A program made the position numbers and the translations under genes. A stretch of DNA of 64,000 nt. Source: Octopus sinensis (taxonomy: Eukaryota). Location: NCBI RefSeq assembly GCF_006345805.1, contig NC_043018.1, positions 17,856,001 to 17,920,000 of the forward strand. Direction: 5' to 3'. Below are positions 53,413 through 64,000 of the stretch, one piece after another; within the stretch, counting starts at the first letter, position 1, and each line of letters begins with the position of its first letter. The notes under the pieces are model-generated. The model saw nothing but the letters and a program-made list of their open reading frames with translations. It had not been told where the DNA came from and ran no database searches.

Positions 53413-54435
53413 CTTACAACATGTTCAAAGGTTTTTGTTAAACAAGTAAAATGTTAATTAATCGTGTATACTCGAGTATTCGTTACGAAGGTTTGTATTT
53501 ACACACAACTAAAACTGTGGTTGCCATTAGCATTATAGTCTAACTGCCGAGCGGAAAAATCAGGTTCCCTTGAAAGAACGTGTATGAGTACTGAATAGCC
53601 AACCCTGAAAACAGCCACTTGAGCACATGTAATATTATCATGGAATATATTTATTGTTCTATGACGTCAAATTGAAATTAGCGCACAGAACTGAATGCTG
53701 TGTCCCAGAAGAGGGCCAGGGACATATTTCCCGATATTTTATGTCCCAGATGTTCAATATACCAGCCACATCTGCATGTTACTTTTGTAGTAGGTAATCG
53801 TTTATTGCAATGATGATAAATAAATTGAACCATAAAGAAACAAGCAATCTTTGGAACAAATTGGCAAAAAGAATATGTTTAATGTGCTGTAATAAAAGGT
53901 CATAAAACAAATACACTTGCAAAGACTACAGACCGCCTAAGTAGATTAACCAAATGTCAGATCGTAAAACTGTGCAACTTTTCACCGACAGATTAATATG
54001 ATAATAGAGCAGCATAAAGGAAGCGACATGAATATTTCGAAATTAACAGAAGTAATGTGTCTATATTGAGGGATTTGGGGTTGCGAAGAGATTATTAATG
54101 TAGGAAAAGAGAGATAGAGAGGGCTTAGAGAGATTCTTGCTTACAGAGAAGAAAACAAGGAAATAAGTACAAAATGGAGATAAATGAAAGAAAGAAATTA
54201 GTGAAGAGAGGATTTAAATGGTTTGACCTGTCCCACATTACATATGGTACAAGTTTGCATACCAGCGTTTATGTTGTAATAAGTGGATAGTCAATGTTTT
54301 AGAAGATTAACTTAACAACAACCATATGCATATATCTTTATGAACATATACATGCATAGATTATATATATATATATTATTTATTGAATGTATATATATAT
54401 ATGTATGTATATATTTATATATATAGACACATATA

Positions 54436-54472
<37 letters not shown>

Positions 54473-54660
54473 TATATATATGTATATATATATATACAAT
54501 ATATGTGTATATCTATATGCATGTGTATTATATAATATATATATTATATATATATATATATATAATATATATGCATGTGTATATATATATGCTATATATA
54601 TATATATATTACATAGACATATATTTATATATATACATACACGCACACAAACACACACGC

Positions 54661-54698
<38 letters not shown>

Positions 54699-55861
54699 GA
54701 TCATACAGCTCTCGTTCGTTTCTCTTTTCTTCTATTTCATATTGGCAGTAAGTAACGACCTCTGGCGTACGTTGTTATAAATTATTACGTTATTACATCT
54801 CGGTTACAGAAATATCGTTGAGTAAAACTAATTTGTTTCAAGATTCCGGCTATACTACGGAATGAAATTTCTGGTATCATTTGATTCTATTAGTGTGTTG
54901 CCTTGGTAACGAACTCATAAACGTGCAACGCTAGCCATATAATTCGAGAGAAAACTGCTCGAATAATAGTAGACCATGTTCATAGTTCCCCTCTATATGA
55001 CACTTCTAAACAAGAGTTTGCAGTTTCTGCGAGGCGAAGAATAAGCAATGCGTTCCAGATGATACATGCGATGCACTATTTCAATAAACGGCGCCAAATA
55101 TATTAAATATTGACATTACATGAATAGGTTATCGGAAAGGATGAAACTAATACCTATTCACGATGTAAATGCTTGAGGTTCACTTCAAGAAATGATTCTA
55201 TAAATTCTATTCAATAGGAATATATTTTCTCCATAAATATATATATGTTTATATGTATATAATATATATATATATAATATATATTATAATATATATAATA
55301 ATATATATATATGTATGTATGTATATGTATATATACATATATGAGAGAGAGAGAGAGAGCGAGCGATAATACATAAGACACACACAAACACATATATGTA
55401 TATATATATGTATATATAATATATAACTGTGATAGGTCTCGGCCAGTGTAGTCCCACGTGATATCTAACATAATGGCATTACTTGGTGAAGTCTTTAAAT
55501 CATATGTGAGGCACCATGGCTCACACTAGCAAAGAGCTATTATGACATATATATAAATACATATACATATATGTATAAATATATATATATATATATATTC
55601 ACACATATATGTATATGTATATATATATGCATATATGCCTACATGTATTTCTGTGTGTATATCTTCTAAATATAGATATATAGATATATGTATATAAACA
55701 TATGTATATATATATATATACGTATATATATATATATATATATATACATACGTTAATATATATATATATACCGCTAATATTACATATATAGATGTTATAT
55801 ATATAGATATATATATATATTATATATATATATATATATATGTATGTATATACATATATAG

Positions 55862-55897
<36 letters not shown>

Positions 55898-56445
55898 TAC
55901 ATCCATACACATACAAAACTCGCAACAAGTGGCAGGAGATACACAAATATGATGATGTCTGCTTCATAAGATTTTGCTGTGAGCTTGAATTATAAAGCGA
56001 TAGGTAAGTAGATATACGTACAAAGTAAGACGCACACACACACAGCCGCACCTATTGAAGTACGTCTGCGAATAGAAATAAAAAGAGAGGGAAGGAAAAA
56101 TGATGCGTAATTCACGTGTGTGCATATATTTAAGATGTATATGGAATGAAGAGTATATTCCAGGGAGGCAATATTGGATTAAAATTTAAAATCGAAATAA
56201 ATTGTAACTGTCAGCCGAATGTTATATCCTCAGATATGTCAGTCTGCATAAAGCTGATAGTTTATAGTAAGTGTATTATTAAATGGAGACTGTTTGATTG
56301 GTATTGTAGATACTTTAACTTCTATCTATCAGAAAAGAATCAAATTACGGTACAGTTTCAGCGATGAAGTAAACGTATGAAAACCGATATGTGTGTCTGC
56401 CATATAAGTACGTACACGTGTGTGGATGTGTATGTGTATATATAT

Positions 56446-56478
<33 letters not shown>

Positions 56479-56538
56479 GTGTGTTGTGTGTGTGTTGTGT
56501 GTCTGTGTGTTGTGTGTGGGTGGTTGTCTTTGTGTGAC

Positions 56539-56574
<36 letters not shown>

Positions 56575-56636
56575 TATATATATGTATACATACCTACGTA
56601 TATACATAAATACATTCATACATATTCATGTATGTA

Positions 56637-56765
56637 TAGACGGATAAATAGATAGATAGATAGATACATAGATAGATCGATCGATAGATAGATAGATAGA
56701 TAGAGAGATAGATAGATAGATAGATAGATAGAGATAGATAGATAGATAGATAGATGAGAGAATAG

Positions 56766-56799
<34 letters not shown>

Positions 56800-56817
56800 T
56801 AGATAGATAGATGGATG

Positions 56818-56888
<71 letters not shown>

Positions 56889-57322
56889 GGATGGAGATAG
56901 ATAGTAGATAGATAGTAGATAGATAGATAGATAGATAGATAGATTGATAGAGGCAGAGAGAGAGAGATACAGCTATGTATACATATGTATATATGTGTGT
57001 GTGTATACATAAATGTATGTGTATAGAAGCAGAGAGGCACATACAGACGTTTATGCGTTGCGTGTATGTATGTTTAAAGATATATGGACACTTGTGCATG
57101 CTTTTATATGTATGTACCTGTATATAAAAGTATATATGCCTATAAATACTTAAATATGTGTATGTATGTGTGTTGGAGGTGTGCATATGTATGTGTGTGT
57201 ATACATTTACAGTAATTTGAAAGCGGAGTTGATGCATGGCTTGACTCAAAGATTGTGTCCGATACCGACTAATGCTCACGAATGTACACTTACATATAAT
57301 ACATGTAGATATAATTTTAGAT

Positions 57323-57413
<91 letters not shown>

Positions 57414-57440
57414 CTGGCAGATAAATGGATAGATAGATAG
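56637..57440. repeat. two (TAGA)n arrays (about 56637-56950 and 57327-57440) with intervening low-complexity DNA
   Basis: Direct inspection; source of the 290-aa IYLS artefact ORF. Confidence 0.9.
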
Positions 57441-57594
57441 CTAGGCAGATATATAAATAGGTACGTACATATACAGATTTATACATACATATACACATAC
57501 ATATAGATACGCATATTTATTTTTATATACTCATACATGGCTAAGTATATATTATATCTGTCTATCTACCCATGTATCTACACACACGCATACG

Positions 57595-57631
<37 letters not shown>

Positions 57632-57632
57632 G

Positions 57633-57702
<70 letters not shown>

Positions 57703-58753
57703 CATACATATGTATTAAGTTTCTGCATCTATATTTATATATACACCCACACGTATACGTATTTGTATAGTTTCCCCTAGATATTTGTTACAACCACATA
57801 ACTGGATTGTTTTTCCACATAAATCGAATATCGATTACGTAGGAAACAATACCTTAGAGATATATTGATATGGTATGTGAAATGAAATTGTGTATGGTTA
57901 TTATTATTATTTTCAGGAACATGAAATTGTGTACAAACTCTTTAAAAGAAACAGACGAGCTAACGGACATAAAAACCATGTTTTGATCACTTTTGCTGTC
58001 ATTTTGTCGAATCCCTGAAGTGTAAAAGTTATAGTCCAGTGAAAAATGATTGGATGCTAGTAATGGACATTCGATGTGGGTGTCATGGTTTATGAAGGCG
58101 CATTTTTTTTTTATTGTGTTTTCATTTAATAGTGTCGCGGATTCAGCTATTCATATTCCTAGAAATACTAGTAAATCTCTCCCAAAGTACGTGCCAATGC
58201 GGATGTTTCTAAATATTTCTTCGTTGAACGAACCCCAAGTAGCAGCCGACCCTTCGTGATTTCTCAATGCCTGTATTAAAAAAAAAACCAGCAAAGATCA
58301 CAACGTTTGTCTTGTTTCAGTCTACACCAAGATTACTCGGTATTTGTTGACAGAACAGTTAAAAAGAAACATCAATGCCAAATTCTTGTTAAGTATTTAT
58401 ATTTGCCTTAAGCACAACTGTGAAAAACGTCACAGCTATCCAAACATGCATAAACAATAAACATTTGTAATGAAAATGCTAAAATGACATTTAATATTAC
58501 TAAGGTTAATATTAAAAACGGTTGACGTCCTTGTCTAAAATACTGATATCTGACAGTGTCACGACAACCGGATGTCTAGATTAGAGAATTCGTTCTATGA
58601 ACCGAGCCAAGATTTCACTTTATTTTATAAGCATTGGATGGATGAATAGCAAATTTGACACCAAAATGACAAGGGGCTTAAAATTCAATCATAAACAGAG
58701 GTACTATATTGTGTCACAAACTATTTCCTTCAGTGTTCAGTCATCTCCTCAGT

Positions 58754-59104
58754 GGAAGCGCTCCGTCGGTTACGACGACGAGGGTTCCGGTTGATCCGAA
58801 TCAACGGAACAGCCTGCTCGTGAAATTAACGTGTAAGTGGCTGAGCACTCCACAGATACGTGTACCCTTAACGTAGTTATCGGGGATATTCAGCGTGACA
58901 CAGAGCGTGACAAGGCCGGCCCCTTGAAATACAGGTACAACAGAAACAGGAAGTAAGAGTGAGAGAAAGTTGTGGTGCCGGAGCTTCGTGGAGCTTTAGG
59001 TGTTTTCGCTCAATAAACACTCACAACGCCCGGTCTGGGAATCGAAACCGCGATCCTATGACCTCGAGTCCGCTGCCCTAATCACTGGGCCATTGCACCT
59101 CCAC
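58754..59104 (-). mobile_element. SINE family C with a short internal deletion and 13-bp TSD
   Basis: Reverse complement of the 9899 copy; TSD TCATCTCCTCAGT at 58741-58753 and 59105-59117. Confidence 0.92.
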
Positions 59105-59760
59105 TCATCTCCTCAGTACCTTAGCGGCAAAGCTTACTCCGAAAATTAGACATATCTTGAAGTATCAGAGTTCCAAGATGAACAGCGGGTAACACGTATA
59201 ATTTGACGCATTAAATATTTATCTTGCTAAACGTTTATCAGCATTGAAGGTTTGAATGTTTATGAACGGTCAACTTTGTGTAAGAAAGCTAAGCTTAAAT
59301 CTAAGGATATAAAACAGGATTACAACTGGGGGAATGAATTCCATAAGAAGTGAAACTCTCTTTTCAGAGTTGTCGAAGCACAATCGAATTATTGATAAAA
59401 AGCTTTAGTGAGGTGCATAAATTGATAATTGATTTATTTCTATGTCCCTTGTCAATTATCATTTATGAACACAATCAATTCCATTATATAACAATAAATC
59501 TATTTTATCATACCCTGAAGAAACATAAAATTATCATCCGAATTTGAGATGAGAAATCTGGAAATAACTTCTCTAGGGTAGAAAGCCACGTGTTGTGTTT
59601 TTCTTTCATATTTTACAATAAAACAACTCCCCTGTTCACTCTCATAACACAGGCCAATGCTCACGATGTTGCACACTCATAATCGCACATATACACACAC
59701 GCCATGCATGCGTAAATACATACAAACACATACATACATACATATATATACAGAAATGCA

Positions 59761-59817
<57 letters not shown>

Positions 59818-59849
59818 CAGCGGTAGAGAGAGAAAGAGACACACACATG

Positions 59850-59890
<41 letters not shown>

Positions 59891-60021
59891 GTACATACGA
59901 TCAGACATACACACACACACACTCACATACCTATATTTATAATAATACACATATATAATGTGTGAATATATATATGTGTGTGTGTGTGTGTGTGTTTCTG
60001 TGTGTGTGCATACATACAGAT

Positions 60022-60171
60022 GTGGAGGCGCAATGGCCCAGTGGTTAGGGCAGCGGATTCGCGGTCGTAGGATCGCGGTTTCGATTCCCAGACCGGGCGT
60101 TGTGAGTGTTTATTGAGCGAAAACACCTAAAAGCTCCACGAGGCTCCAGCAGGGATGGTGGTGATCCCTGC
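60022..60171 (+). mobile_element. SINE family C, 5' part only
   Basis: GTGGAGGCGCAATGGCCC...GTGATCCCTGC; homology ends here. Confidence 0.88.
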
Positions 60172-60586
60172 AGTGGTCTCAATACAGTGCCCTGTGGAAC
60201 ACCACTCACTATTTTTGTTTGTTTTTCTTTTGAGTTGGCTCCATTGGCCACTACTGCCTGTCTTCTATCTTTCAGAAAGTCATGTAACCATTCTCCAAGT
60301 TTTCAAGCTATGCCGAGATCATGCAGTTTGTGGCACGCTACGATATGCAAGAGAATGCATACATAAAACAAAACAATAGAAATCTGCACATGCACTTAAC
60401 ACGTACATATCTACATGTGAATATAACCTGTTTGTGTTGTTGAAATCCCAGTGACGGAACATTGGATCTAGGATAGAAACCGGGTCTTTCTTAATTGGCA
60501 AGAAATCTTGAAATAAAACTGAATAATGACATTCATACGTGAGTTTGTACGTCCGTATATTTACGCTGATATTTCTGAAATAGTAA

Positions 60587-61165
60587 GGCGGTGAGCTGGC
60601 AGAAACGTTAGAACGCCGGGCGAAATGCTTATCGGTATTTCGTCTGCCGCTACGTTCTGAGTTCAAATTCCGCCGAGGTCGAGTTTGCCTTTCATCCTTT
60701 CGGGGTCGATTAAGTAAGTACCAGTTGTTCACTGGGGTCGATGTAATCGACTTAATCCGTTTGTCTGTCCTTGTTTGTCCTCTCTGTGTTTAGCCTCTTG
60801 TGGGTAGTAAAGAAACAGGTATTTCGTCTGCCGTTACGTTCTGAGTTCAAATTCCGCCGAGGTCGACTTTGCCTTTCATCCTTTCGGCGTCGATTAAATA
60901 AGTACCAGTTACGCACTGGGGTCGATGTATTCGACTTAATCCGTTTGTCTGTCCTTGTTTGTCTCCTCTATGTTTAGCCCCTTGTGAGTAGTAAAGAAAT
61001 AGGTATTTCGTCTGCTGCTATGTTCTGAGTTCAAACTCCGCCGAGGACGACTTTGCATTTCATCCTTTCGGATCGATATATTAAGTACCAGTTGCGTACT
61101 GGGGACGATTCCATCGACTGGCCCCCCCTCCCCGCAAATTTCCGGCCTTGTGCCTACAGTAGAAA
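60587..61165 (+). mobile_element. tandem array of SINE family A: one full unit plus two head-truncated units
   Basis: GGTATTTCGTCTG at 60634, 60819 and 61002 (periods 185 and 183); the third unit ends in the alternative tail. Confidence 0.9.
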
Positions 61166-61740
61166 AGAATATTTCTAAAGTAGTTGAGTATTAGTGAAAG
61201 TGAAATTACATTTTATCATCACTGTGGAACAGATTTGTCTATAACTGTGATGACGATGGTTGTAATGACACTTTAGTCAAAGCAAACACTATTAGTAGTT
61301 CCAATCGCAATATTACTTGTAATTATATTTTCTAAATGTGATTTTAGCAATGATGTAAGCAGAAGAATTGGTACATTTTATGATAATCAAGATGTTATCT
61401 TGCATGTTTGAAATATTTGAAAACTTAAATCGAAACATCAAAGAATACAGTAACCGAAGCAGCTGCTGTTTCATTGCTGATCGCTGTAATCGATAGTTCG
61501 ATGATGAGATGGATTTAGATTGTTTTTCTTTAACTAAGCAGCTATTCATGTTTTAAATGTCGCCAACACTCACAGGCCGAATAATATTTACCTTTGGTGG
61601 AGTTTATTGATTTTTAATTTAGTGTATAAATAACATTGAAATGTAATTCTAGAAACATCATTACTGAAACAGTGAGGTATGTAATGAAAAGAACAGTGTC
61701 AGCGCTAAGGAGGCAATGTGAACAACTACACAAGTATTTA

Positions 61741-61838
61741 TAACAACAACTGCAATAATGATAATAATGATAATAATAATAATAACAACAACAATAACAA
61801 TAATAATAATGATAATAATAATAATATAATATTAATAA

Positions 61839-61877
<39 letters not shown>

Positions 61878-61900
61878 AATAATAATAATAATAATAATAA
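61741..61900. repeat. (AAT/AAC)n microsatellite
   Basis: Direct inspection. Confidence 0.95.
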
Positions 61901-61920
61901 TGTGTGTGTGCGTGTGTGTG

Positions 61921-62128
61921 ATTGTGTTTGTGTATGACACCCACCGCTCGACAACTGGTGTTGGTTAGTTTACATTCCTATAAGCTAGTTAGTCGCCAAA
62001 AGACCCGAGCGATCAATGACCGACCAGACTTTAGAAAGTAAGCACTCGAGTCGATTTCTTCAACTAAAACCATTCAATTCGATGATGCTCCAGCATGGTC
62101 GCAAACCAATGACTGAAACAAGGAACAG
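61921..62128 (+). mobile_element. diverged 3' half of SINE family B
   Basis: CGCTCGACAACTGGTGTTGG...GCTCCAGCATGGTCGCA...ATGACTGAAACAAG. Confidence 0.7.
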
Positions 62129-62894
62129 AACAGAACAAATACAAGCTATCCCTCCCGTTCACTTTCTCTTTCATTTTCTTTCATGTTCATTAGTTCTTCG
62201 ATGTTTGTTTCGGGATCTTTGTATTTTACTGTTTTCCTTACATGCTTTTTGCCACAGTGCAACACTTGTTACAGACGTGGCGCTTTGTTTCATTGTTCTA
62301 TGTTTTATCGTCATACATGTTCTGACGTTTTTAATCTGACTTTTCTTTTCAATCTCTTTTGTAAGACGCCATCTTGAAAAACCAACTCAACAATTATATG
62401 GACAACTAAACTCATAAGTCTGCAGGGACGCACCTGCTTCTTGCAACATAAAGTAAATGAGATGTACATTCAAAGTAGCATTGACTTTTACTTGTGAAGT
62501 TATAAAAAGAAAACTTCTTTCATAAAATACAATGCAATAAAATCCATTCCATTGAACGAACTTGAAAACGACTGGACGCAGCAGATAATGTTAACAACAT
62601 ATTTTCATTTTCTCTCACAAAGGTCAATACATGCACAAAACAACTTGTTCCAAATGCGCTTACAGTGTGTTTGAGTATCACAAAGGGTGTTGTTTAAAAA
62701 TTATGGCTTTGCAGAAAATTTATACATTCTATAGGGACATATGCTAAAAGAAAAATGCAAATATGTGCTCCAATACGTAGAATAAATAGAGAATTATAAA
62801 CACACACACACACACACACACATAAATGCATACATATCTGAGCGCAGCTTCATTTTGGTGAAGCGAATAAAAGAAATCTTCCGTCTTTCATTTA

Positions 62895-62964
<70 letters not shown>

Positions 62965-64000
62965 GTGAGTCGCGTAAAAGTCCATAGGTCCGGAAAAAGA
63001 TTCGCATATACACACATACATACACATACATACACACACAAACTCATATATATTATGTAACTGCCCATCACCAGCTCAGGTGTTTCTAGCTCGTTAACAC
63101 ATGTTCAGAGGTGAAGCTGTTCTTTCAGAAATATTGCGCAATATTTATATATAAACCGTTCTTATAAAAACATATTAGAAATGCAAAAAAAAAAAGAAAT
63201 ATGAAAATAAAAAGCCTCCTTTTGATAACGTATTTACCTAATTTAACACTCTAAAAGAAGACTATTATTGATTTTTATATATTGGATGTTATAATAGAAA
63301 TATCTTGCGAGAGAACAATAACAGACATCTATGTGGAGAGAATGAGCGAATGAGAGAGAGAGGGTGAGAAAGAGAAAATCACAAAGAAGAGGAGAATACA
63401 TGATTAATATCTTTATCTCTTGAGTAAATAGTTTAACCGTGAAATGAACCATATGAGATACCTTCTCATTGCTTACTCTGAGTCATTCTCTCTTCCTTCT
63501 ATTGTTTGCCGTCTAGATATTTCTGTTATTTCATACATTCTTATAAAAAAATCAATAAAAGCATTCATCCCTTATATAGTAAATTAGGTAAATCTGTTAG
63601 TATTTCATATCACATCCAATATTATGCATTCATATTTTAACTTGCATTATTCACCTGTTGCTTTTTTTCTTCTGTGACTTACATATATTCTATGAAACAT
63701 TTTTGTAAAAGTTAGCTTGACCTTAGAATATGTGTTAAAAAACAACAACAACGGTATAAATGACAGACGTCGCCATCTGCAATAAATGTTAGACTTCCCA
63801 TTCGCCTCCTGTTGGGCGTTTTATTGCGGCGAGTATGTGATTGGGTTTGGGACTGACCGCAAAACTAACACTGACGCTAATCAGGAAACAACAAATCCTT
63901 GCATCATGCTCTCTGATTCTATCTTTGGCAGGTTTTATACTTCGGGTTTTCTGCCACCGCAAAGCAAAAAAGCCCTCAGTGGTTTTCTACCCAGCACCAC

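Noticed and set aside
60587-61120. Periodic repeats as a CRISPR-like array (also 48712-48795)
   Set aside because: They are tandem SINE and minisatellite units with no unique spacers and no cas genes, in eukaryotic DNA.

Overview
AT-rich, microsatellite-dense eukaryotic non-coding DNA. The SINE families and repeat landscape suggest an octopus (cephalopod) intron or intergenic region; this assignment is inference. No intact protein-coding gene is supported, and nearly all ORFs in the track are translations of (TA)n, (TACA)n, (TAGA)n or (TAG)n repeats. Identified elements: three tRNA-derived SINE families (about 20 full or partial copies, three with clear target-site duplications), two non-autonomous Helitrons, two decayed mariner transposase remnants and a decayed Penelope-like (PLE) reverse transcriptase fragment. 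The most striking unexplained structure is a set of at least five unrelated short elements carrying type-I hammerhead ribozymes (stem I - CUGANGA - stem II - GAAA - stem III - NUH - stem I'). Intact or near-intact examples lie at 22709-22768, 35739-35799, 41876-41936, 42340-42400, 43360-43402, 43459-43501 and 48017-48094, with U4C variants at 41342-41426 and several degenerate copies. They occur as terminally redundant units of about 460-500 nt (retrozyme or PLE pLTR-like) or as head-to-head fold-back hairpins centred at or near the ribozyme. Several end in a shared CCC(T) plus AT-rich motif abutting (TA)n. All folds were done by eye; no activity, novelty or database check was possible.
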